Source of the DNA: Obrimoposthia wandeli
Taxonomy: Eukaryota
Length of the DNA: 64,000 nucleotides
Reading direction: 5' to 3'
Assembly (NCBI GenBank): GCA_977020255.1
Contig: CDROCS010000253.1
Span: 2,232,001-2,296,000, forward strand
Shown: one piece after another, positions 52,361-61,969 of the stretch
Layout of the letters: every line of letters starts with the position of its first letter
Numbering within the stretch: position 1 is the stretch's first letter
Notes under the pieces: model-generated
What the model saw: only the letters and a program-made list of their open reading frames with translations
What the model was told of the DNA's origin: nothing
Databases searched by the model: none
Translations under genes and position numbers: made by a program

Positions 52361-53953
52361 ATGGTAGCGAATCATGGTCTGTTAAAAGGCATGAATCCAG
52401 TTACAACACTTGTATCAATGGCTATAATTACGCTGTTTGTTTTGTGCGGTGTGTTTTTCACTGAACAAACAGCAGCATTATTTACGGCGGTATCGGGTTG
52501 GATACTGGCTTACCTTAAGTGGTATTACATTGGCATTGTTGCAATATTTTTGTTTTTCTGTATCTGGCTGGCATTTAGTCGCTACGGTAACTTACGTTTA
52601 GGTGATGATGACTCAAGACCTGAATACAGTAACTTCTCATGGTTTTCCATGTTATTTAGTGCGGGCATGGGCATAGGTTTAGTGTTCTGGTCTATTGCAG
52701 AGCCTATTTACCACTTTCAAAGTAATCCATTTATTACTGAGGGATTAACGGCGGAAGCGGCACAAGTAGCAATGCGTCTAACCTTTTTCCATTGGGGACT
52801 TCACCCATGGGCAATTTATGTCGTTGTTGGTTTGTCCTTGGCTTATTTTTCTTATAGAAAGAATTTACCTTTGACCATCCGTTCTGCACTTTACCCACTA
52901 ATTGGGAATAAAATGTACGGACCAATTGGACATGCGGTTGATGTGCTCGCGGTATTTGGTACTGTATTTGGTGTAGCAACGTCGTTAGGTTTAGGTGTTA
53001 CTCAAATGAATACTGGCCTTAATACCATGTTTGGTATGGAGGTATCCCTGAGTAATCAAATTATACTGATTGCTGTTATATCTGCTATTGCGACACTTTC
53101 TGTGGTGTCAGGTGTCGGTAAAGGTGTAAAAATCTTATCGGAAGTCAATATGTGGTTAACCATTGGTATTTTGGTGTTTTTACTTTGTTTTGGTCCTACT
53201 CGTTATTTATTGAGCGCGGTATTGCAAAGTACCGGCGATTATTTTGGTAATGTGCTGACACTAAGTACCTGGACGGATGCTAATGAAGATAGCCAGTGGC
53301 AATCTTGGTGGACCGCATTTTACTGGGGCTGGTGGATGTCTTGGGCACCTTTTGTAGGTATGTTTATTGCGCGAATCTCTAAAGGTCGTACCATTCGTGA
53401 GTTTATTATTGGCGTATTGCTAGTACCAACTTTGCTCGGTTTTGTTTGGTTAACTCTTTTCGGTGGCACCGCGATATACCTTGAGCTGTTCCATCAAGTA
53501 GCTAATGAAGCAGGAGAACTGGTTGCTGCTGTTGGGCAAGCCGGTATTGTTGATGCTGTTAAGGCTGATGTAACTTCAGCGCTATATGTAACAATAGACA
53601 AGCTTGATGCTGGTTTCATGGGCACAATCGCAGCGTTTATGGCGACATTACTTATTGCGACGTATTTCATTACTTCATCAGATTCAGGCACATTAGTGGT
53701 TACCACTATTTTATCAATGGGCGATGAAAACCCACCCGTTGGTCATCGTGTAGCATGGGGATTGGGTGAAGGCGCTGTAGCTGCCATCTTATTAATGGTA
53801 GGAGGTCTGAAGGGCCTGCAAACAGCCGCTATTACCGCCGCATTACCCTTTTCATTAGTCATGATAGTTATGATGTGGGGTTTGATGAGATCACTAAAAG
53901 AGGAAAATTTAACTCCTGCGGTCTACACCCCAGCTAAGCTAGTGACTAACTAA
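52361..53953 (+). CDS. BCCT family (betaine/choline/carnitine) transporter
   Basis: SW.SMLFSAGMGIGL.FW, FFHWGLHPWA.Y and WT.FYW.WW.SWAPFVG.FIARISKGRT motifs. Confidence 0.95.
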   Translation: MVANHGLLKGMNPVTTLVSMAIITLFVLCGVFFTEQTAALFTAVSGWILAYLKWYYIGIVAIFLFFCIWLAFSRYGNLRLGDDDSRPEYSNFSWFSMLFSAGMGIGLVFWSIAEPIYHFQSNPFITEGLTAEAAQVAMRLTFFHWGLHPWAIYVVVGLSLAYFSYRKNLPLTIRSALYPLIGNKMYGPIGHAVDVLAVFGTVFGVATSLGLGVTQMNTGLNTMFGMEVSLSNQIILIAVISAIATLSVVSGVGKGVKILSEVNMWLTIGILVFLLCFGPTRYLLSAVLQSTGDYFGNVLTLSTWTDANEDSQWQSWWTAFYWGWWMSWAPFVGMFIARISKGRTIREFIIGVLLVPTLLGFVWLTLFGGTAIYLELFHQVANEAGELVAAVGQAGIVDAVKADVTSALYVTIDKLDAGFMGTIAAFMATLLIATYFITSSDSGTLVVTTILSMGDENPPVGHRVAWGLGEGAVAAILLMVGGLKGLQTAAITAALPFSLVMIVMMWGLMRSLKEENLTPAVYTPAKLVTN

Positions 53954-53993
53954 CTAATTACTAGCTAGTGAGAAATTAAGACGAGTGTTAATT

Positions 53994-54028
53994 AAAAAGC
54001 CAGAGCGGTAATATGCTCTGGCTTTTTT
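53994..54028 (+). terminator. Terminator after the BCCT gene
   Basis: AAAAAGCCAGAGC..GCTCTGGCTTTTTT. Confidence 0.85.
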
Positions 54029-54404
54029 GTAACTGATTGGTGGGGTTTAACTTTGTGTAGAGGAAAAATTAAAGGCCGATTAATACCAGTTTCATTAATT
54101 AAGTGATCTACTTTATACGTAGGGGAAATGGCCAAATACAAGACATTTATTAGTCCGAATGTGGGTTAAAACCCTCATCTTTAGATGGGTAGCTTTAGCT
54201 AGCCGTTGACTTTAGAACGCAGTAGGAAAGAAATTACATTGTTAAGTGGCAACTGAGTTAACCGAAAAGATATATAAAGAACATGCGGATGCAGATCCGT
54301 ATTTATATCGTCAATGAAAAATTGATAGGGTAAAGTCCTGGTATAATTCTTTTTGTCGAGGCAAGTATCGACCTACGGAATAAACAGCTTAGCTTTTGTA
54401 GGTC

Positions 54405-55396
54405 GTATATGGACTCCACAGAAAAGTAAATTACTTTCCTGACTTATTCTTGATTAATGTAGATTATTTCAAATAAATACCTATGCAAACAGGGTAACAG
54501 TTAAGTATTAGCGTGCGTATATTCGGTCTATTATTAAGGAGCTACCTTTGACCTGTACGGCTATTGGCCGTGAACTCAACCTCCTTATCGGCATTGCGGT
54601 CTTTATGACCTCCAACCTACCCAGGTTTTGATTGAGCCGCTTACTATGCTGTTTTCCGTTGTTTACTTATTAACTAATTTATAAGAGGGATATGTTCAAG
54701 TATTCTGGTTTCTAAACCCGTTGTTACTGTGCGACAGCTTGACGGTATTCTTCACCACTTTTTAATAGTGCTGTTGCCATTCTGACCACTTTATTAACAC
54801 TTTTTCTTGCTAACAAATCTCGTATCCAACAATTGAGTTTATCGGGCTTTTCTTTACTGTGGATGACGACTGCTCTTGCACCATTGACGAGTATACTACG
54901 CAGATAGGTGTCTCCTCGTTTGGTGATACCCAGTATTCGTACTACGCCACCCGTTCCAGTATGAGCAGGCACTAAGCCTAAACAAGCACTCGCCTCTCTG
55001 CCCCTTTTAAAATGACTGGCATTGCCAAACTTTGCAAACATCATACTGGCGCCTAACCAACCGATACCTGGTACTGTCGTGAGCCTTTTACAGGCATCAT
55101 TTTCTTTCGCGTTTATTTCAATCTCTTTTGTTGCTTGCTCAAAAAGTATGATGACAGACTTGAGCTCAGTATAAAGTTGGTTAATAAGCGCTCGACCTTT
55201 ACACGTTAACTCATTTTCACCGTCTTCTAGCGCATCTGGTATCTGTTCACAAAGTTTATTAATACCTAAGGGGAATTTAATGGCCCGATACCTCGAATGC
55301 GCGATTTCGTTGTTTTTTACACCCTTCACGATAAGTATGCATCATAGATATATCTTGTTGCATTAATCCATAGATATAACGCGTCAAAAATTTTGC
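54405..55396 (-). mobile_element. Truncated IS110-family (IS1111 group) element: transposase relic plus about 320-bp right non-coding end with sub-terminal IR
   Basis: C-terminal IS110 motifs (L.TVPGIG, LGLVP..TG.GG..R...ITKRGD.YLR..LV.GAR); ATGGACTCCACA at 54409-54420 resembles an IS1111 STIR; left end absent. Confidence 0.75.
54724..55396 (-). pseudogene. IS110 transposase pseudogene lacking the N-terminal DEDD domain
   Basis: Upstream of the tracked ORF another frame reads MQQDISMMHTYREGCKKQR (QQD..H..RE..KQR motif). Frameshifts near IRG/IKFP; the AVALANK-like segment is missing at VNKVVRMA. Confidence 0.8.
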
Positions 55397-55588
55397 TTAA
55401 AAAGCTTCGAGCTGATAGTTCTCATTGTTTGCCGCTTCTGCAAGTTGTGCGCGCATGCTTGGCGCCCAAAAACGATTGATGTGATGACTAATCTCAGTCA
55501 CACATTGCTGCTGCTCTTTACCATGTAATAAATTAAGCGCTATTTGATTGGCCATATCTACCACATATTTTAAACGATCATCTGACAT
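55397..55588 (-). CDS. fdsD: NAD-dependent formate dehydrogenase delta subunit (probably C-terminally shortened)
   Basis: MANQIA..HI.RFWAP.MR motif; 63 aa. Confidence 0.85.
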   Translation of the reverse strand: MSDDRLKYVVDMANQIALNLLHGKEQQQCVTEISHHINRFWAPSMRAQLAEAANNENYQLEAF

Positions 55589-55655
55589 ATGCTGCTCTCT
55601 TGCTTCTTTGTTTTACGGTAATTTGTTTATTGAAACTGGTTTAATTGTAAATACT

Positions 55656-56519
55656 TTAACTGTAAATGGTATGGCGACCGTTACGGGCAAAACCCACTAA
55701 GGTCATGCCAGTATTTTTTGCTATGTTTATCGCCAAAGCTGTTGGAGCCGAAACGGCCACCAACATACTAATACCTGCCACTTGTGCTTTGCTGATCATT
55801 TCATAACTAGCACGACTAGATATGAGCAAAAAGCTGCTATGGTTAATGACAATATTTGATGCACTGAGTGCGCCAATAAGCTTGTCTAATGCGTTGTGGC
55901 GGCCAATATCTTCGCGAATGAGTTGAATATTGCCATCTCCATCACACCAAGCCGCAGCATGCACTGCACCAGTCATCTGTTGCAATGGTTGATGGGCTTG
56001 CAAGTCAGCCAACGCTTTTTGTATCGCTACATTAGTGAGCTCACTTAATTCTCGCGGGGCTTTTTTGTCTTTTTGTTCAGCGGTGATCGTGTCTTGTTGA
56101 TTTTTCATCGCTTGTTGTAACGATTCTGCACCACATAAACCACAACCAGTGCGACCCGTCATATTGCGTCTTTGTTGTTTTAACCGCCAAACTGCTCGAT
56201 TGGATACCGTGATATTTACTTCAATGCCTAATGCTTGTTTAGTCGCACTAATATCAAGTATTTCACTGGCGTCATCGACAATTTTTTCACTTAAACTAAA
56301 ACCAATTGCCAAGTCATATAAATCATTAGGTGTACTCATCATCACCACATGAGAAATGCCGTTATAAACCAAGGCAATAGCAGTTTCTTCAGCGATGTTG
56401 TCCATCGCTGTTGTTAGAGAATCACTGGTACAGCGCAGTACCTGACGCTGCTGTGCTGTAGGCACATTGACGTCGGTATCTGCTACCATAATGTTATGTT
56501 TTAGCAACTTGTCCCCCAT
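55656..56519 (-). CDS. fdhD: Formate dehydrogenase accessory sulfurtransferase
   Basis: EE...AL.YNG..H.VMM.TP, TGCGLCG, TGAVHAAA, EDIGRHNALDKL.G and SSRASYEM motifs. Confidence 0.95.
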   Translation of the reverse strand: MGDKLLKHNIMVADTDVNVPTAQQRQVLRCTSDSLTTAMDNIAEETAIALVYNGISHVVMMSTPNDLYDLAIGFSLSEKIVDDASEILDISATKQALGIEVNITVSNRAVWRLKQQRRNMTGRTGCGLCGAESLQQAMKNQQDTITAEQKDKKAPRELSELTNVAIQKALADLQAHQPLQQMTGAVHAAAWCDGDGNIQLIREDIGRHNALDKLIGALSASNIVINHSSFLLISSRASYEMISKAQVAGISMLVAVSAPTALAINIAKNTGMTLVGFARNGRHTIYS

Positions 56520-59394
56520 TTTTATTCTTTAAGTATTTTGCTTGTCGCTGACTGAACTGTGCGTATTCTGCTTGCCATTGCGATGGTTCGTCAACTTTAG
56601 TTGCTTGCACTGCTGTGACCTTATACTCAGGACAGTTCGTTGCCCAGTCAGAATTGTCAGTAGTGACCACATTAGCACCACTTAACGGATGATGGAAGGT
56701 AGTATAAACAACCCCAGGCTGCACACGTTGACTAATAAGTGCGCGTAATGCGGTGGTACCTGCACGACTGGCAATGCCTACCCAATCACCATCATTGATG
56801 CCACGATCTTCAGCATCATTAGGGTGAATTTCTAATACGTCTTCATCATGCCAAACTTGGTTGGCGGTACGTCTTGTTTGTGCGCCGACATTATATTGGC
56901 TTAAGATACGACCTGTGGTTAATAACAACGGAAAATGCTTATTCGCTTTTTCAGGTGTTGCCACATACTCAGTAATAGCAAACTTACCTTTTTCGCCGAC
57001 AAAATCCTCGGTGTGCATAATTGGTGTACCTAGAGGAGACTTTTCATTACAGGGCCATTGAATGGAGCCAAGTTGATCTAATCTTTCATAACTGACACCA
57101 CTAAATGTTGGCGTTAAGCGGGCAATTTCATCCATTATCTCACTTGGGTGTTCATAATCCATTTCATAACCAAGTACTTTAGCAAGTGCGACTGTGACTT
57201 GCCAATCTTCCTTACCTGCTAAGGCTGGCATCAGTTTACGTACGCGAGAAATGCGTCGTTCTGCATTGGTAAAGGTACCATTTTTTTCCATAAACGATGA
57301 ACCAGGCAAAAATACATGAGCGTATTTTGCCGTCTCGTTAAGGAAGATATCTTGTACAATGATGCATTTCATTGAGCTTAACGCTTTTTGCACATGCTGT
57401 GTGTTTGGATCCGATTGGGCAATATCTTCACCTTGGCAGTACAAACCTTTAAAGTCACCGTGTATTGCTGCTTCGAACATATTTGGAATGCGTAAACCTG
57501 GCTCACAGTCTAATGAAACTTGCCATTCTTGTTCAAATAAATTACGCGTGCTTTCATCGCTAACATGACGATAGCCTGGCAGCTCGTGTGGGAACGAGCC
57601 CATGTCACATGAGCCTTGTACGTTATTTTGGCCGCGTAGTGGATTAACACCAACACCTTCTCGGCCAATATTACCGGTAACCATGGCCAAGTTAGCTATG
57701 GCCATGACCGATGAACTGCCTTGAGAATGTTCAGTAACACCTAAACCATAATAAATGGCGCCGTTGCCTGCATTAGCAAACAGTCTTGCCGCTGCGCGTA
57801 ATTCTGTTGCCTCGACACCGGTGATTTCCATGGTATTTTCTGGTGAATGGCGTTGGTCTTGAATATGTTTGTACCATTGCTGGAAGCTAGCATCATCACA
57901 GCGACTTTGAATGAAGTCAGCATCTTCTAAACCTTCATCAACAATGACATGGGCGAGGGCATTGATTAATGCCACGTTTGTCCCAGGACGCAGTTTAAGA
58001 TGATGTTGTGCTTTGGTATGCGGGCTGTCGATAAGATCAATGCTGCGCGGATCGGCAACAACTAACTTAGCCCCTTGGCGTAAACGACGTTTAAGTAATG
58101 AACCAAATACCGGGTGAGCGTCGGTAGGATTGGCGCCAATGATAAGCACCACATCAGCTTTCATCACCGATTCAAAGGTTTGTGTTCCTGCTGATTCATT
58201 TAAGGTGGCTTTTAGGCCATAACCTGTTGGTGAATGACAAACTCGGGCACAGGTATCAACATTATTATTTTGAAAAACAGCACGTACTAATTTCTGTACT
58301 AAATAGGTTTCTTCATTGGTACAACGAGATGATGTTATCGCACCTATACTGTTGCGACCATGTTCTTCTTGAATATCGGTTAAGCGCTTAGCAGCAAACG
58401 CTAATGCTTCTTCCCAACTAACTTCACGCCAATCTTGTTCGATATTATCGCGGATCATCGGGCTGGTTATTCTGTCCTGATGAGTCGCATAACCAAAAGC
58501 AAATCGGCCTTTAACGCAAGAATGTCCTTGGTTCGCTTTACCATTTTTATCTGGCACCATTCTCAGTACTTTATCGCCTTGCATATCAGCGCGGAACGAG
58601 CAACCGACACCGCAATAAGCGCAGGTAGTAATGATGCTATGATCTGGCTGGCCATTATCAATTACTGACTTTTCAGTAAGTGTGGCTGTTGGGCATGCTT
58701 GTACACAGGCACCACATGAAACACAGTCCGATTCTAGAAAGTTAGTGTCTTGACCGGTACTTATACGCGAGTCAAAACCTCGACCTTCAACCGTTAAAGC
58801 AAAGGTACCTTGTACTTCTTCACACGCTCTGACACAGCGAGAACAGGAAATACATTTAGAATCGTCAAAGCTGAAATAAGGATTTGATGAATCAGTTGCT
58901 CCGTCGAGGTGATTTTTTCCTTCAAAACCATAACGTACTTCACGTAAACCGACGGCTCCCGCCATATCCTGTAACTCACAATCGCCATTCGCTGGGCAAG
59001 TAAGACAATCTAACGGATGGTCAGAAATGTAAAGTTCCATAACATTACGACGTAATGTCGCTATTTTAGGATTTTGCGTTTGTACCTTCATGCCCTCTCT
59101 TACCGGTGTAGTACAAGAAGCTGGCATACCGCGCATGCCTTCGATCTCTACCGCACACAAACGACATGAACCAAAGGCTTCTAAATTATCACTGGCACAT
59201 AATTTGGGAATATTAATATCGGCAATAGCGGCAGCGCGTAATACTGAAGTTCCTTCAGGTACAACAATAGTAACACCATCAATTTCTACGCTAACTTGTA
59301 CCGTAGATTTAGAAGGCGGTGTGCCTAAATCTTTACTAAGGTCGGCTGATTGATTGACAGCAGGCTCTGTTTTGGGATCATAATAAGTTATCAT
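56494..59394 (-). CDS. fdsA: NAD-dependent formate dehydrogenase alpha subunit (molybdoenzyme)
   Basis: N-terminal Fe-S motifs, CAYCGVGC, DTCARVCHSP, LRGQNNVQG and NCPEYKVTAV; ATG 59394 abuts the fdsB stop. Confidence 0.95.
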   Translation of the reverse strand: MITYYDPKTEPAVNQSADLSKDLGTPPSKSTVQVSVEIDGVTIVVPEGTSVLRAAAIADINIPKLCASDNLEAFGSCRLCAVEIEGMRGMPASCTTPVREGMKVQTQNPKIATLRRNVMELYISDHPLDCLTCPANGDCELQDMAGAVGLREVRYGFEGKNHLDGATDSSNPYFSFDDSKCISCSRCVRACEEVQGTFALTVEGRGFDSRISTGQDTNFLESDCVSCGACVQACPTATLTEKSVIDNGQPDHSIITTCAYCGVGCSFRADMQGDKVLRMVPDKNGKANQGHSCVKGRFAFGYATHQDRITSPMIRDNIEQDWREVSWEEALAFAAKRLTDIQEEHGRNSIGAITSSRCTNEETYLVQKLVRAVFQNNNVDTCARVCHSPTGYGLKATLNESAGTQTFESVMKADVVLIIGANPTDAHPVFGSLLKRRLRQGAKLVVADPRSIDLIDSPHTKAQHHLKLRPGTNVALINALAHVIVDEGLEDADFIQSRCDDASFQQWYKHIQDQRHSPENTMEITGVEATELRAAARLFANAGNGAIYYGLGVTEHSQGSSSVMAIANLAMVTGNIGREGVGVNPLRGQNNVQGSCDMGSFPHELPGYRHVSDESTRNLFEQEWQVSLDCEPGLRIPNMFEAAIHGDFKGLYCQGEDIAQSDPNTQHVQKALSSMKCIIVQDIFLNETAKYAHVFLPGSSFMEKNGTFTNAERRISRVRKLMPALAGKEDWQVTVALAKVLGYEMDYEHPSEIMDEIARLTPTFSGVSYERLDQLGSIQWPCNEKSPLGTPIMHTEDFVGEKGKFAITEYVATPEKANKHFPLLLTTGRILSQYNVGAQTRRTANQVWHDEDVLEIHPNDAEDRGINDGDWVGIASRAGTTALRALISQRVQPGVVYTTFHHPLSGANVVTTDNSDWATNCPEYKVTAVQATKVDEPSQWQAEYAQFSQRQAKYLKNKNGGQVAKT

Positions 59395-59395
59395 T

Positions 59396-61024
59396 TTATT
59401 GAGCCTTTTGTGTTGACGGTTGTGGCAAAAAATCATCAGGGAAATATTTAAGTGCACTACGCACTGGGAATGGGGTCATGCCACCCATAGCACACAAAGA
59501 ACCGAATTCCATGGTGTCACATAGGTCATGTAATAACTCTACGCTGTCTTGTCGTTGTTGTTCGTCACTTTCGTTATTGAGAATTTTATCAATAACTTCA
59601 ACGCCACGTACTGCGCCAATACGACATGGGGTACATTTACCACAAGATTCTACTTCACAAAATTCCATGGCAAAACGAGCCTGTGCAGCCATATCTACGG
59701 TGTCATCAAAGACAACAATACCGCCGTGGCCTAATACGGCACCAATGCTGGCAAATTCTTCGTAATCAAGGGCGGTATCCCATTGCTCTGCTGGCAAATA
59801 AGCACCTAACGGTCCACCCACTTGCACACTGCGCATGGCTCGCTTGCTTTTACAGCCATTACCATATTGCTGCAATATTTCATTTAACGATATACCAAAA
59901 GCCAATTCAACTAAGCCACCTTGAGCAATATTGCCCGCTAATTGAATAGGTAAGGTGCCACGAGAGCGGCCCATGCCAAAATCACGATAACTGTCACCGC
60001 CATGGCTTAAAATATAAGGTACAGAAGCGAGTGATATTACGTTATTTACCACGGTTGGTTGACCAAATAAGCCTTCAATAGCGGGTAGTGGTGGTTTAGC
60101 GCGAACTAAGCCACGCTTGCCTTCAAGGCTTTCCAGTAATGATGTCTCCTCGCCACAGATATAAGCACCAGCGCCCAAACGCACCTCTAAATGAAAGTTG
60201 TGTTCAGTACCACAAATATTATTGCCTAGGTAACCTGCCGCTTTTGCATTGTTAATGGCTTTATTTAATATGTCAAAAGCTTGCGGGTATTCACTGCGTA
60301 AATAGATATAACCTTGGTCTGCTCCTACGCTAAGGCCAGCGATGATCATGCCTTCAACCAACACTAACGGGTCGCCTTCCATTAACATACGATCGGCAAA
60401 GGTGCCTGAATCACCTTCATCGGCATTACAGACTATATATTTTTGCTGTTCTGGTTCATTCAAAACGGTTTGCCACTTTATGCCAGTAGGAAATGCAGCA
60501 CCGCCACGACCTCTTAGGCCAGACTCTTTTACCTCATCAACTAACTGTTGTGCAGTTTTTGCGAAGGCATTGGTTAAGCCAACAAAACCGCCATGGCTAA
60601 TGTAATCATCAACATCGATTGGATCGATAATGCCGACTCGGGCAAACGTTAATCGTTGTTGAGATTTAAACCAGGGTAATTCTTCAGTTAAACCAAGGCA
60701 TAATGGGTGTTCAGTAGCATCATCAAAACATTGCAGGTTAATGATGTCGTTTACGTCTTCCGCTTTTACCGGACCATAAGCGACACGACCCTTGGGGGTA
60801 TTAATTTCTAATAAAGGTTCTAACCAAAACATGCCGCGAGAGCCATTTCTTACTAATGTTGCTGCTAGTTCTGGTTGTGCGTTAAGTACACTTTCAACCT
60901 GCGTTGCTACCTTATCACTACCGCGGGAGCGGGCAGTAGTATCTAAAGAAACGAAAATTTTTCGTGGTGCTAACGGCGCTGTGCTTAAAGGGACGGTGCT
61001 GTCATCGGAAGGTGAGTGATTCAT
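59396..61024 (-). CDS. fdsB: NAD-dependent formate dehydrogenase beta subunit (NuoF-like)
   Basis: [39 protein letters not shown] and [10 protein letters not shown] motifs. Confidence 0.95.
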   Translation of the reverse strand: MNHSPSDDSTVPLSTAPLAPRKIFVSLDTTARSRGSDKVATQVESVLNAQPELAATLVRNGSRGMFWLEPLLEINTPKGRVAYGPVKAEDVNDIINLQCFDDATEHPLCLGLTEELPWFKSQQRLTFARVGIIDPIDVDDYISHGGFVGLTNAFAKTAQQLVDEVKESGLRGRGGAAFPTGIKWQTVLNEPEQQKYIVCNADEGDSGTFADRMLMEGDPLVLVEGMIIAGLSVGADQGYIYLRSEYPQAFDILNKAINNAKAAGYLGNNICGTEHNFHLEVRLGAGAYICGEETSLLESLEGKRGLVRAKPPLPAIEGLFGQPTVVNNVISLASVPYILSHGGDSYRDFGMGRSRGTLPIQLAGNIAQGGLVELAFGISLNEILQQYGNGCKSKRAMRSVQVGGPLGAYLPAEQWDTALDYEEFASIGAVLGHGGIVVFDDTVDMAAQARFAMEFCEVESCGKCTPCRIGAVRGVEVIDKILNNESDEQQRQDSVELLHDLCDTMEFGSLCAMGGMTPFPVRSALKYFPDDFLPQPSTQKAQ

Positions 61025-61512
61025 TTTAACTCCAACGAATAAGTATTTAACGAGGCAATAATTTGTTCAAATTTTGGCAGATCTAATTCACCATGAATGT
61101 CATCACCAATACGCATCGCCGGTGAGCACGCACAATTACCCAAACAATAAACAGGTTCTAAAGTATATTGTCTATCTTTGCTGGTTTGATGATAATCAAT
61201 TGACAAATTTTGTTTGATATTTTCTTCTAACGCTCGTGACCCCATGGCTTGGCATGATTCGCCTCGGCAGATTTCAATCACATGAGCGCCGGGTTCTTCA
61301 GTGCGAAAATGATGATAAAAGCTAATCACCCCGTGAACCTCAGCTTTAGATACGTTTAAAGCCTTGGCGATTAAAGGTAGTGCATTGGACGGAATAAAAG
61401 ACAAGTCATTCTGAATGGCATGTAATATTGGTAACATCGCTCCGGGCAATGTTTGGTGTTGCTCGATAATAGTCGCAATCTGTTGCAGGCCTTTGTCGTT
61501 GGTAGCAGTCAT
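61021..61512 (-). CDS. fdsG: NAD-dependent formate dehydrogenase gamma subunit (NuoE-like)
   Basis: [26 protein letters not shown] and YCLGNCAC.P motifs. Confidence 0.95.
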   Translation of the reverse strand: MTATNDKGLQQIATIIEQHQTLPGAMLPILHAIQNDLSFIPSNALPLIAKALNVSKAEVHGVISFYHHFRTEEPGAHVIEICRGESCQAMGSRALEENIKQNLSIDYHQTSKDRQYTLEPVYCLGNCACSPAMRIGDDIHGELDLPKFEQIIASLNTYSLELK

Positions 61513-61582
61513 AATAATCCTCTGGGCATTTTACATTAATACCATTATCAAATAAGTGATTATAATAAATATAGCCGATTAA

Positions 61583-61608
61583 GACATCTTCATAGCTAAT
61601 AGAGACAT
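61583..61608 (-). promoter_or_regulatory. 21-bp-spaced GACAT pair upstream of fdsG, candidate GbdR site
   Basis: GACAT at 61583 and 61604. Confidence 0.5.
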
Positions 61609-61818
61609 TTGTCCCTTGCCAATGCCTTTGAAGAGCTGGTTGATTAATAGACAATAAATCAAATGTTTATTTTTAAGAGTCGCTAATTTATATTAATAAC
61701 GTCGTAATTGGGATGGTTTTAAAGTACTGTAAATCTATTGTATGCGTAGATTTCCACGTTGAACTTAGCTATTTTATTGATTTAAATCACATGTTGTTAT
61801 TAATTAAAGCCTGGCTTT

Positions 61819-61832
61819 TTGATCTAAATCAA
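61819..61832. promoter_or_regulatory. FNR-type box upstream of the GbdR-like gene
   Basis: TTGAT-CTAA-ATCAA; a second near-perfect TTGAT-TTAA-ATCAC lies at 61777-61790. Confidence 0.7.
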
Positions 61833-61969
61833 TCCCTGGGTGATAAATTTTGACTGACTAGCTTTAAACGAGTGAATAATTAAGTTATTAGAGAAATCTA
61901 CATGCTGTTTTAAAAAAAACTGCAATAATAATAATAAGAACTGCAATCTTCAGAATAGGAATAAATCAC

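Noticed and set aside
58225-58270. Selenocysteine in the formate dehydrogenase alpha subunit
   Set aside because: Active-site segment reads DTCARVCH with Cys and no in-frame TGA.
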